64,000 nucleotides of DNA from a virus (taxonomy: Duplodnaviria; Caudoviricetes): positions 128,001 to 192,000 of IMG/VR virus record IMGVR_UViG_3300026549_000029, one strand, 5' to 3'. Of the stretch, positions 1-9,381 are shown piece by piece (position 1 is the first letter of the stretch; every line of letters starts with the position of its first letter). The notes beneath the pieces were generated by a model. That model was not told where the DNA came from, did not search any database, and saw only the letters and a program-made list of their open reading frames with translations. A program made the translations under genes and the position numbers.

Positions 1-6
1 TTATAT

Positions 7-714
7 ATGAATGCTATTGCATGTGTAGATCTTAATTGGGGACTTGGTAGAGATGGTAAACTTCTTTATCATATTCCTGAAGATATGGAATTTTTTAAGA
101 GTAAAACTAAAGGTAAAGTAGTAATTTATGGTAATTCTACCCTTAAATCTTTTCCAGGGGGAAAACCTCTTAAAGATAGAATTAATATTGTAATTACTTC
201 TAATAGAAATAATATATCTGAAGAAGCTATTAATAATTCTTGTACTTGTACTAAAATAGAAGTACAAAGTAATGAAAATTTAAATAAGATAAAAAATATT
301 ATTAGACATAATAGATATGTGGAATTTAATATGTTTAATTCTATTAATAACGATACTATTGATTTTAATGATAAGCCAATTTTATTAATTGCAACTTCTA
401 TAGAACAAGCCATAAAATTTGCAAGAACTTTAGCTTATGATGAAGATATCTGGGTATGTGGAGGTTCAACTATCTATGAACAAATGATTTCTTATATTGA
501 TACTTTCTGGATCACTAAAGTTTATCAATATAATGAAGCTGATAGATTCCTTCTTAATCTAGATAAAATGGAAGATGAAGATGAGCTTCCATATTTTATA
601 CCAGTACAAATAGTTCCTAAAGTTTCAGATAATAATATATATTCATTTATTTGCTATCGTAAAAGAAGTAAATATATTGAAAAAATAAGATCTAATAAAT
701 TTAGAATAGATTAA
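7..714 (+). CDS. folA: Dihydrofolate reductase with a long internal insertion
   Basis: N-terminal AIACVDLNWGLGRDGKLLYHIPEDMEFFK, PLKDRINIVIT, and IWVCGGSTIYEQ...WITKV motifs typical of DHFR. Confidence 0.92.
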   Translation: MNAIACVDLNWGLGRDGKLLYHIPEDMEFFKSKTKGKVVIYGNSTLKSFPGGKPLKDRINIVITSNRNNISEEAINNSCTCTKIEVQSNENLNKIKNIIRHNRYVEFNMFNSINNDTIDFNDKPILLIATSIEQAIKFARTLAYDEDIWVCGGSTIYEQMISYIDTFWITKVYQYNEADRFLLNLDKMEDEDELPYFIPVQIVPKVSDNNIYSFICYRKRSKYIEKIRSNKFRID

Positions 715-733
715 ACTTTAATGGTAAATAAAT

Positions 734-1639
734 ATGGATAATAATATAAGCTTTGGAATTAATAAAAAATATATTATAGATAATAATAATCTTATTAAAG
801 GACCAGAATTATCTTATAATATATATCAAACTTTTATATCTTTAAAGAATAGAATTTCTTATACTGGATATAATGACATGTGTAATTTTATACTTAATAA
901 TATTACACAATTATTAACATCTGCAGTGGATAAGAATCCTAATAGTTTAAAGATAATATCGGATAGAGATTTCTTATATACTATTCTATTACTCATGAAT
1001 GAATCTAATCCTAATTACAATATTCTAAAAGAGAAATTTACAAAAGAATATATTAATAGATTTAATCGAGTATATAGAGCATATATGATAAATCCAGCAA
1101 AGAATGCTATATTTAATCTTGATACAGCAAATTTAATGTATCAGATTGCTCTTAAATTAAATAGAGATGTAGTAAATAAAATAGTTACTAAAGATCTAGT
1201 GGAATCAAATGCTCTTTGGATAGTTATTAATAGATATTCTTCTACAGATGAAAGAAGAAATATTAGAAGAGCTGTTAGAGCAATGCAACATGTAGATAGA
1301 AATATTATGGATGAAGATATGATAGTAAAAATCTTCTCTAAATTATTTCAAGATCAATTAACAAATCTATTTTGTGCTGTTATGACAGATAGATTTGATG
1401 AATTTGATGATTATAATGAGAGTATTGTATATTCATCTGTAAATATTGCTATATTAAAAATACTTAATACTATGGACTATGATGAAATTAAAGATATCTT
1501 AATTCTTTATGCTAGAGAATTAAATGAATCTGGTATTAAAGGAAGATTTTCTTTAGATACTATTAGTCCAGATGATTATGGTAAAATTATAGAAGCTAAA
1601 GATGAAATAGAAAAAGTATTTGGAATAAAAGTATATTAA
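734..1639 (+). CDS. Hypothetical protein (301 aa)
   Basis: Long ORF, genome-typical codon usage, no recognised motif. Confidence 0.75.
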   Translation: MDNNISFGINKKYIIDNNNLIKGPELSYNIYQTFISLKNRISYTGYNDMCNFILNNITQLLTSAVDKNPNSLKIISDRDFLYTILLLMNESNPNYNILKEKFTKEYINRFNRVYRAYMINPAKNAIFNLDTANLMYQIALKLNRDVVNKIVTKDLVESNALWIVINRYSSTDERRNIRRAVRAMQHVDRNIMDEDMIVKIFSKLFQDQLTNLFCAVMTDRFDEFDDYNESIVYSSVNIAILKILNTMDYDEIKDILILYARELNESGIKGRFSLDTISPDDYGKIIEAKDEIEKVFGIKVY

Positions 1640-1657
1640 AATGCTCTCCTTTTAAAT

Positions 1658-1669
1658 AGATATTATAAT
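1658..1669 (+). promoter_or_regulatory. Early-type phage promoter motif AGATATTATAAT
   Basis: Same motif recurs upstream of + strand gene blocks at 4744, 7723, 18378, 29023, 29719, 33800, 55406 and 61142, with variants at 24346 and 34401. Confidence 0.7.
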
Positions 1670-1697
1670 AATATAATATCGAAAGGAGAATAGTAAT

Positions 1698-2348
1698 ATG
1701 TTTTTATTTGGAAAGAAATATGATGATTACGAACCAGAGGAGGATGTATATGCCTCCTCTGGTATGTTTTATCAAAGATCCGTAAGCGAATTTACTAATA
1801 TTGATGAATTTGTTTATAAGTATTATCCTGAGAATACTATTTTAATCCCTTTATGCAATAATATAGATGTAATTTTAAGTGATGATAATTATGAAGATAA
1901 GGATTATATTCCTCATGATGTAGAAGTAACTTATGATTTAGCAGAAGGAATGATAGAAGAAAATGAAAATTTAACAGAAGAAGAAAAAGATGAAGAATTA
2001 AAAGAATTATATAGAACAACTTATGACTATAGATTATTTAATCCTTACATTTTAAGAGATAGTAACTTACTTCCTATAAATGTAAAAATGTTAGGAGATA
2101 AAAAATGTAGAGGATTAATAGGAAGATTTTTAGATATATTGGAATGGATAGACAAGCAAATATCTACTATTCCATTTGGTTGGGCAAAGAAATGGATAGT
2201 AAAATTGAGAAATAAATATGATAAGAAGATGGTTACTAATAAAGGAAAAGTAATCAGAACTGTAATATGGATACCTTTGTATTCTATATCAAATAGTGCT
2301 GCTATATGTGTAACACTAATTGATAGAATAGATATTATTATAACTTAA
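1698..2348 (+). CDS. Hypothetical acidic protein
   Basis: ORF with AAAGGAG RBS. Confidence 0.75.
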   Translation: MFLFGKKYDDYEPEEDVYASSGMFYQRSVSEFTNIDEFVYKYYPENTILIPLCNNIDVILSDDNYEDKDYIPHDVEVTYDLAEGMIEENENLTEEEKDEELKELYRTTYDYRLFNPYILRDSNLLPINVKMLGDKKCRGLIGRFLDILEWIDKQISTIPFGWAKKWIVKLRNKYDKKMVTNKGKVIRTVIWIPLYSISNSAAICVTLIDRIDIIIT

Positions 2349-2365
2349 AAAAGGAGAAAATAAAA

Positions 2366-2851
2366 ATGGAAAAAATGGAAGAAAAAAAGATTGTTGAAGA
2401 TACCAGTGAAACCATTATTCAAATATTATTAATGTCATGGCTTAATAATATGAATAATCCTTCTAAGTCTAAATTATCAAAAGATGAAATTTTGGAAAAA
2501 AGTTTTTTAGCAAAGGTACTTGTAAAAAAGATTGAAGCTATGGGATTAGATGTTATTGTATCTAATGAACTTTTATCAATTATTGTTTTATGTTCTGAAA
2601 CTCCTGCTGAAGTTCAGATGATTTTCACGGATATTTTAGATGGAGTATTAGAAGCTTATAAAATTGATAAGCTTCCTAAAGAATATAAAATTACTCCATT
2701 TGATTTTATCTATGCATATCCCAATAAATTTCCAATTACATGTTTATATCCTGATGTAAAAGAAAAATACAATAAGAAATGGGATGAACAGAAAATCAAT
2801 GGAATGAATTCATATGATACATATAAATTCTGGGAAAAATATAGAAGTTAA
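2366..2851 (+). CDS. Hypothetical protein
   Basis: ORF with AAGGAG RBS, followed by a terminator. Confidence 0.75.
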   Translation: MEKMEEKKIVEDTSETIIQILLMSWLNNMNNPSKSKLSKDEILEKSFLAKVLVKKIEAMGLDVIVSNELLSIIVLCSETPAEVQMIFTDILDGVLEAYKIDKLPKEYKITPFDFIYAYPNKFPITCLYPDVKEKYNKKWDEQKINGMNSYDTYKFWEKYRS

Positions 2852-2855
2852 TTAT

Positions 2856-2889
2856 AAAAAGAAGGTAGTAATTACTACCTTCTTTTTTT
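2856..2889. terminator. Intrinsic terminator, probably bidirectional
   Basis: AAAAAGAAGGTAGT-AATT-ACTACCTTCTTTTT hairpin with A and T tracts. Confidence 0.85.
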
Positions 2890-2948
2890 ATTTTTTATTT
2901 ACTTCACTATAATACATAAAATAAATTAGTAGGAGTTATTTTAGTATT

Positions 2949-3227
2949 ATGGCTAATAGTAATTACATAAAGACAAGGCGTCATGTACTTTCAAGTACTG
3001 GATATAAATTATTATCTTATTGGGCAAAAGCAGAGTCTATTGAATTAAATAACGGCAATAATCTTGAAACGGATTATGCCAATTTAAAACAAAATTCAAA
3101 TCTTAAATCAAATTCATCATTAGTTTTAGCATCTGGTACTAATGATGAAGTTACAGTATCTGCTAGTCAGATGAGTAGTTTATTAAGTTTATTATCTCTT
3201 ACTACTTGGAATGGAGGTAATTATTAA
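2949..3227 (+). CDS. Small virion fibre-related protein, paralog of the N-terminus of the giant fibre
   Basis: NYIKTRRHVLSSTGYKLLSYWAKAESIELNNGNNLET aligns with NFVKTKRHVLTDAGYKTLSQWTNANSVEMDNGNSVQT of 39230..44932. Confidence 0.7.
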   Translation: MANSNYIKTRRHVLSSTGYKLLSYWAKAESIELNNGNNLETDYANLKQNSNLKSNSSLVLASGTNDEVTVSASQMSSLLSLLSLTTWNGGNY

Positions 3228-3892
3228 TGGCTATAGATGCTTTTGTTGATAGTACACAGTTAAATTCTGATTTAACTTCTATTGCTAATGCCATAAGAGC
3301 TAAAGGAGAACTTCCAAGTTCACAGAAACTTTCATTTCCAGCAGGTTTTATATCAGCAATAAGTTCAATACCACATAATAGTTTAGGTACTCATACTTTT
3401 ACTGAAAATGGTACATATAATGCAACCGATTATAATTGTGATGGATTATCTCAAGTTACTATAAAATCTCATCCAGGATTATTATTTCCTATAAATTTTG
3501 ATATTACTACTGGATATGTCTATGGTAATCTATGGAAATGGGGAGGAACAACAGTATCTCATTCTGATGTATTTGAAGTGGAAGCAAATAAATTATATTA
3601 TTTATTTGTAGGAGAAACTACTGGTACTAGATTTAGAAGTATGTTTAGTCCTATTAATCCAGAAGATGTACCATTGAAAGATAGAACAAATGATAATGAT
3701 ATAGTTGGTACTCAAATACTTAGAAAAGATAATCCTGAGAGTTATGCAGGTACTAAGTTTACTACTACTGAAGCTGGATATATACTAATTCAGAAAGACA
3801 ATGCTGGAGTTGTTGGATTAATTTCATTTGTAATTGATATATCTGCATTAGAAAGCGCATTTATAGACATATTTATACAATCACAAAATTGA
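3227..3892 (+). CDS. Putative tail fibre/adhesin-associated protein
   Basis: LTSIANAIRAKG...FPAGFISAI motif resembles YSDIADAIREVN...TPSLMAGAI of 38581..39108; also a FTENGTYNA motif seen in fibre proteins. Confidence 0.6.
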   Translation: MAIDAFVDSTQLNSDLTSIANAIRAKGELPSSQKLSFPAGFISAISSIPHNSLGTHTFTENGTYNATDYNCDGLSQVTIKSHPGLLFPINFDITTGYVYGNLWKWGGTTVSHSDVFEVEANKLYYLFVGETTGTRFRSMFSPINPEDVPLKDRTNDNDIVGTQILRKDNPESYAGTKFTTTEAGYILIQKDNAGVVGLISFVIDISALESAFIDIFIQSQN

Positions 3893-3897
3893 TAAAT

Positions 3898-3925
3898 ATA
3901 GTCTAGAGAGAAATCTCTAGACTAT
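3898..3925. terminator. Hairpin terminator
   Basis: ATAGTCTAGAGA-GAAA-TCTCTAGACTAT. Confidence 0.7.
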
Positions 3926-4009
3926 TATATAAAATTAATAAGCGTATCTTTAAAACTTTACTTTCTATACAACATTTTATAAAATAAATTTTAGGAGGTT
4001 ATTCATAAT

Positions 4010-4741
4010 ATGATAATTGATAAAAATGGCTATAAGCATGTAGAAATTGGAGATAGATATGGTAGACTTACAGTAATAGAAGAAGCTCCAAAACATAGAG
4101 AACCTAATGGTCATCTTGTTAGAATGTTTAGATGTAAATGCGATTGTGGAAATGAAACTATTGTAGCAGGGCATTCTCTTACAAAATCTAATAGACCCAC
4201 TATTAGTTGTGGATGTATAAAAATAGATTTTCCAGCAGGGCTTACACATGGATTAAGTAAGACTGCAGTATATAGACATTATATTGCTATGAAATCAAGA
4301 TGTACTAACCCTAATGCATCTGATTATTATAGATACGGAGGAAGAGGAATTAAAATTTGTAATAGATGGTTAGATCCTGAAGACGGATTTATGAATTTCT
4401 ATGCTGATATGGCTCCTATATATGTAGAAGGATGGACTCTTGATAGAATTAATAATGAAGGAGATTATTGCCCTGAAAATTGTAGATGGGCTCCAAAATG
4501 GGTACAATCAAATAATACTAGAAAAAATGTACATATAACTTTAAATAATGAAACTATGACTATGACAAATTGGATTAGAGCATATGGTGTTAATGAGAAT
4601 GTTGCTAGAACAAGATTAAAAAGAGGTTGGCCTATAGAAGAGGTATTTAGAGGTAGACAAGAGAATCCTAATCCTATTAATGTTGTTTATTTTTTAGATG
4701 AATTTGGTAGTCCTATTCCTCAAGATCAAATTAAAGATTAA
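4010..4741 (+). CDS. Free-standing HNH-type homing endonuclease
   Basis: GDRYGRLTV, CKCDCG, SCGC, YGGRGIKICNRW and TLDRINNEGDYCPENCRWA..QSNN motifs of a common phage HNH family. Confidence 0.85.
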   Translation: MIIDKNGYKHVEIGDRYGRLTVIEEAPKHREPNGHLVRMFRCKCDCGNETIVAGHSLTKSNRPTISCGCIKIDFPAGLTHGLSKTAVYRHYIAMKSRCTNPNASDYYRYGGRGIKICNRWLDPEDGFMNFYADMAPIYVEGWTLDRINNEGDYCPENCRWAPKWVQSNNTRKNVHITLNNETMTMTNWIRAYGVNENVARTRLKRGWPIEEVFRGRQENPNPINVVYFLDEFGSPIPQDQIKD

Positions 4742-4749
4742 ATATATAT

Positions 4750-4801
4750 TATAATTGTAGAATAGATATTATTGTATTTTAATATCTATTCTACAATTAT
4801 A
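4750..4801. repeat. Perfect 22-bp inverted repeat with 8-nt loop
   Basis: TATAATTGTAGAATAGATATTA (4750-4771) / TAATATCTATTCTACAATTATA (4780-4801); overlaps the early promoter motif at 4744-4755. Confidence 0.85.
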
Positions 4802-4836
4802 TAAATTTGATAAATAATAAGGAGAAAATATAATAA

Positions 4837-7149
4837 ATGAGATCAAATAATTTTGCTGATCAAGTTGAAGAAGCTTATTCTAATTTAGATTCTAAAGAAC
4901 AAATGCTAGGTAAAGGACTAATTCAACCTAATACGGCGACGAATAGTGGCAGCAGGAAAATAATGATGAGCACCCATACGTCGCATCATCTTACCCTCTC
5001 TCAGGCGCAACCACCTTATATATCCACTGGTTTTGAAAATATGTTTGGAGATCATTCTTCTTCTATTATTAATTCTTCATCTGATCTTTTTGATAGAGTT
5101 AATGATAATAATAAAAATGATTCTTCATCATCTCACGATAAACCATATCTTTCATCTTACTCTTCTCCTGTAGAAGTAATAGCTAAGATATCTAAGTTTT
5201 CTTATGCACCTAATCATCATTATTATCTTATAGTAAAAGATTCAGATTCTAATTCTCTTGATGTTATAGAAAGAGTATCATATAAATATCAGACAGAATG
5301 TTATGGATTTCTCTATAATAATTCTGTTCTTGACTCTTATTCTTTTCCTGGTTCTATAATTCCACCTAATACTATTCTTCGTCGTTCTACTGGTTTTGAT
5401 GCTTATGGTAATAAAGCAGATGGTTATAATATAAATACTGCTTATATGGCATTAGATCATAATATGGAAGATTCTGTTATTATCTCTGATACTTGTTCAG
5501 AAAAACTTTCTGCACCTCTTATCAGAAATGTAGAAATCATTCTTAATGAAAATGATATTCCATTAAATATTTATGGGGATGATAATATTTATAAAGTATT
5601 TCCTGATATTGGGGAAGATGTAAAAGATGGAATTCTTCTTGCATATAGAAGAGAGAAAAGAGAAGAAGCTATATACACTCAATCAGTATCTAGATTGCAG
5701 CAGATAATGATGAGTGATGATAAGATTACTATTAAAGGAAAAGTAATAGATATTCAATTATACTGCAATAATCCTGAATATATTTCTAAATCTACATATA
5801 ATCAGCAGTTTTATGCTTATTATCAAGATAGAATTAGAATGTGTACAGAAATTATGAATGTAGTAGGTCCTTATAAAACTCAAGGATATAATTTAAGTTA
5901 TAGATTGGACAAATTATATTCAAGATCCATTAGTGAAGTTAATGGAAAGAAATTTATGGAGAAAAAATTATTCTCTAATATTAGAATTGAATTTACTGTA
6001 ATGGAAAATAGACCTTTAGGTGTAGGAGATAAAGTAGCAGATAGATATGGAGGAAAAGGAGTTATTTCTAAAATAATTCCTAATGAACTAATGCCTAAGA
6101 TGGCTAATGGAATGCCTATAGAGATGATTAAAAATTCCTCTACTATGTATAATAGAGAAAATGCTGGACAGATATTTGAATTAGAAATTAATTATATCTC
6201 TATGTGTATTTTAGATAGAATAAAATCTGGGTATTATGGAGATGATATAGAAGCAGCAATGGATGAGATTTTAAAATTTGTTAAACTTCAGTCTCCCGTA
6301 CAATATGAAGAAATGAAGAAATATATTGATTCTTATGATATACAAGGAGTCATATATTTCTTGGAGAGTATATTGCAAAAGACTTGTATTCCTATTTCAA
6401 ATAATCCTATGTCTGAAACTATGGATATAGATAAATTAAGAAGATTATACGAGGAATTTCCTTGGATTAATCAATCATATTTGATGGTTCCTATTGTAGA
6501 TTCTAAAGGAAATTATAGATTTGTAAAATCTAGAAGACCTGTAATAGCAGCACCTATATATTGTTTAAGATTAAAACAATTTGCAGAAGAAAAATTTTCT
6601 GCTGCAAGTTTAAGTTCTACTAATATTAAAAATGAGAATGCTAAGAGTAAAGCTAGTAAAAATTATAGAGAACCTAATTCTAATACTCCTATTAAGTTTG
6701 GTCAGATGGAATCTGGAGATTTTGATCATATGGGGACAGAATATGTAGTAATCAATCTCTTATTGCATTCTTTATCTCCACATGGTAGAAGATTAGTAGA
6801 ACAAGCTGCTATAGGTGATCCTTATAATGTAGATATTAAATTGGATTCTAAATCAAAAAATAGATCTGCAGAAATCTTAAATACCAGATTAAAAGCTATG
6901 GGCTATAGATTAGTATTTAAGAAGATTAAGAAACATAAGAAATATGCATTATTAACTCCTGCATTAGAATTCTTTGAAAGGTCTCCTGAAGATCCTATTG
7001 AAGTTGTAGATTTTATGGAAGAAGGATATGACTTCGATAAATGGTATAAGACTCTATATGAGATAGAAAAAATCAAGAAGAATAGTGTTGCTATGATTAA
7101 TGCTATTTCATTCACTGAAGATTCTTCTCATGTACCTGAAGATGAGTAA
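4837..7149 (+). CDS. Multisubunit RNA polymerase beta subunit, C-terminal half (non-virion RNAP type, AR9/phiKZ-like)
   Basis: MEDSVIIS, LNIYGDDNIYKVFPDIGE, GDKVADRYGGKGVISKI (RpoB GDK..GRHGNKGV), RLKQFAEEKFSA and PIKFGQME (RpoB RFGEME). Confidence 0.92.
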   Translation: MRSNNFADQVEEAYSNLDSKEQMLGKGLIQPNTATNSGSRKIMMSTHTSHHLTLSQAQPPYISTGFENMFGDHSSSIINSSSDLFDRVNDNNKNDSSSSHDKPYLSSYSSPVEVIAKISKFSYAPNHHYYLIVKDSDSNSLDVIERVSYKYQTECYGFLYNNSVLDSYSFPGSIIPPNTILRRSTGFDAYGNKADGYNINTAYMALDHNMEDSVIISDTCSEKLSAPLIRNVEIILNENDIPLNIYGDDNIYKVFPDIGEDVKDGILLAYRREKREEAIYTQSVSRLQQIMMSDDKITIKGKVIDIQLYCNNPEYISKSTYNQQFYAYYQDRIRMCTEIMNVVGPYKTQGYNLSYRLDKLYSRSISEVNGKKFMEKKLFSNIRIEFTVMENRPLGVGDKVADRYGGKGVISKIIPNELMPKMANGMPIEMIKNSSTMYNRENAGQIFELEINYISMCILDRIKSGYYGDDIEAAMDEILKFVKLQSPVQYEEMKKYIDSYDIQGVIYFLESILQKTCIPISNNPMSETMDIDKLRRLYEEFPWINQSYLMVPIVDSKGNYRFVKSRRPVIAAPIYCLRLKQFAEEKFSAASLSSTNIKNENAKSKASKNYREPNSNTPIKFGQMESGDFDHMGTEYVVINLLLHSLSPHGRRLVEQAAIGDPYNVDIKLDSKSKNRSAEILNTRLKAMGYRLVFKKIKKHKKYALLTPALEFFERSPEDPIEVVDFMEEGYDFDKWYKTLYEIEKIKKNSVAMINAISFTEDSSHVPEDE

Positions 7150-7155
7150 TTTTAT

Positions 7156-7187
7156 TATAAGAGGGGATAGAAATATTCCCTCTTATA
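7156..7187 (+). terminator. Intrinsic terminator
   Basis: TATAAGAGGGGATA-GAAA-TATTCCCTCTTATA followed by a T tract. Confidence 0.8.
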
Positions 7188-7193
7188 TTTTTT

Positions 7194-7715
7194 ATGAGGA
7201 ACTATATTATGATTTCTGATAGTCTTAATAATATGCTTGGTAAAATATGTAAATTAGAATATATTAAAAGTATTTATAATACAAAAATAGAAAAATTCGA
7301 ACGAAATGATTATATAATGATACCAAATTCTTCATATGATTTTTTTAGATATTTTAATTCTTATGAACAGCTTAATGAAAAATTCTTTTCTGTATATAAA
7401 AATATAGATATTTATGAAATAGATAAAGGTACTATATTAAATGGTAATATAATTGAATTTACAATATCTGATATTTCTAAAGAAAAAGACTTTTCCATAA
7501 TCAAATCAAATCATATCATAATTTCTGGAGTTATTCTTACAGGAATAGAAACTTCAGATTCTGAAGAACCATCTACAAAATCTATAATCGGTGTTACTCC
7601 AAAAATAATAGAAGATAATGATATTTTACAAGAATCTTGTCAATTAAATATGACATTAGGTGGTTATAATAAATTATATGATTTATTATCTTCGAATGAT
7701 GAGGTTAAATTATAA
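7194..7715 (+). CDS. Hypothetical protein
   Basis: ORF; likely start at the ATG near 7209 after GAGGA. Confidence 0.65.
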   Translation: MRNYIMISDSLNNMLGKICKLEYIKSIYNTKIEKFERNDYIMIPNSSYDFFRYFNSYEQLNEKFFSVYKNIDIYEIDKGTILNGNIIEFTISDISKEKDFSIIKSNHIIISGVILTGIETSDSEEPSTKSIIGVTPKIIEDNDILQESCQLNMTLGGYNKLYDLLSSNDEVKL

Positions 7716-7784
7716 AATATAAATATATTATAATATTGAAAGGAATTATAGTTATTTATTAAAAATAAAAATGGAGAAATAAAA

Positions 7785-8069
7785 ATGATAATAAATGAAT
7801 TTTCTATTGTTATGAAATCTATAGAATATACATTAAATGATTTATATAAAAATGGTTATATAAAATTAAATATACCAGAAAAAATAAAATATGATAATAC
7901 ATTAAAATTTATTAAAGAAATTGGATTTAAGGTATTAAGAAATTCTGAAGGAATACATAAATTGAATACAAATACAGAAAAAATACAGGATATTATTAAT
8001 GATGAAGAAAAACAAAGAAAATTTGCACTAACTTATCCAGTAGCAATTCAATGTATATATAAATTATAA
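7785..8069 (+). CDS. Hypothetical protein
   Basis: Early promoter motif at 7723 and GGAG RBS. Confidence 0.65.
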   Translation: MIINEFSIVMKSIEYTLNDLYKNGYIKLNIPEKIKYDNTLKFIKEIGFKVLRNSEGIHKLNTNTEKIQDIINDEEKQRKFALTYPVAIQCIYKL

Positions 8070-8073
8070 CAAA

Positions 8074-8406
8074 ATGGAGGAAATAATGGCACTTAAAGAA
8101 AAAATGATGGAAGAAAATAAAAAATTTGCAAAAATTTGTAAACTAGAAGAACTTATAAAAACTTATAAAAATTTTAGAGAATTTGAAAAATTATCTAAAA
8201 ATCATGATAGAAAAATTATACTTGAAGTAAGAAGTAGAAATAATGATTATCATAATACTGAATCTATAGTAAGATTAGATATTTCTAATATGCCTAAATC
8301 ATTTATTGAAATTCTTTTAAATATTATGTCAGAATATAAAGGTATTTTTGAAGATGAGTTAGATAAAATTTTATTTAAAGATAGAGAAGGAGAAAATAAT
8401 AAATGA
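8074..8406 (+). CDS. Hypothetical protein, paralog of the next gene
   Basis: FEKLSKNHDRKIILEVRS...LDISNMPKSFI resembles FETLLSNDNKKLTLVVRS...LDFSDISEELI of 8403..8681. Confidence 0.65.
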   Translation: MEEIMALKEKMMEENKKFAKICKLEELIKTYKNFREFEKLSKNHDRKIILEVRSRNNDYHNTESIVRLDISNMPKSFIEILLNIMSEYKGIFEDELDKILFKDREGENNK

Positions 8407-8681
8407 GTATTAATATTAATAATAGTAGAATTAAAGAAGTAAATATTAATATTAATAATAATAATGAAATTAAAGAAACTGATAAAATTCAAGAGATTTT
8501 ATCAATATTTCATAACTATGAAATATTTGAAACATTATTATCTAATGATAATAAAAAACTTACACTTGTAGTAAGATCTGATTCTAGACTTTCTACAATA
8601 CAAATATTAGATTTTTCTGATATATCTGAAGAGCTTATTAATGATATTTTAAAATATATAAAAAATATAAATCTAATTTAG
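8403..8681 (+). CDS. Hypothetical protein, paralog of the previous gene
   Basis: GGAG RBS; similarity to 8074..8406. Confidence 0.65.
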   Translation: MSININNSRIKEVNININNNNEIKETDKIQEILSIFHNYEIFETLLSNDNKKLTLVVRSDSRLSTIQILDFSDISEELINDILKYIKNINLI

Positions 8682-8727
8682 CAAAAAAAGTACAAGATAT
8701 TTTAAATAATAATGAGGATACAGAATA

Positions 8728-9381
8728 ATGTATACATTTAAAATACAAAAAGATTATTATAATAATGGTGTAAAATTATATTTAAAAGACACTATTGAAA
8801 TTAAAGAAGGATTAACAGTATTAGTTGGATGTAATGGAAGTGGTAAAACTACTTTAATTAAACAAATGAAAAACCAATTAGAAGAAAATATAGATATAGA
8901 TATTATTGATTTTAATAATTTATCTCAAGGCGGTTCAAATAAATTATCTGAACTATTATATCGTGCTAATCAATTTAATAATAATATGGAAGAACTTGCT
9001 TTAAGAGCATTTGCTTCTGAAGGAGAAAGTATCTATTATAATATTGGAGATATAATTAGAAAAATTGGAAATACTATAAGATGTAGTAAAAAAGATATTA
9101 TATTTGTATTCTTTGATGCTATTGATTCTGGTCTATCTATAGATAATGCAGCTGAGGTTATTGATATCATTAAAAATCTTATTATTCCAGATGCACAAAG
9201 ATTTAATAAAGAAATTTATTTTATTATATCTACAAATAGTTATGAATTTGTAAGACATAATACAAGTGAATGTTTTGATATATATCATTGTGTATATAGA
9301 TCTTTTAGTGGATATGAAAGCTATAGAAAGTTTATATTAAATACAAAGAAAATAAAAGATAGGAGAGTTTATAAAGAATGA
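8728..9381 (+). CDS. Small ABC-type/AAA P-loop ATPase
   Basis: Walker A GCNGSGKT, signature-like ASEGE, Walker B-like FVFFDAIDSGLS. Confidence 0.8.
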   Translation: MYTFKIQKDYYNNGVKLYLKDTIEIKEGLTVLVGCNGSGKTTLIKQMKNQLEENIDIDIIDFNNLSQGGSNKLSELLYRANQFNNNMEELALRAFASEGESIYYNIGDIIRKIGNTIRCSKKDIIFVFFDAIDSGLSIDNAAEVIDIIKNLIIPDAQRFNKEIYFIISTNSYEFVRHNTSECFDIYHCVYRSFSGYESYRKFILNTKKIKDRRVYKE

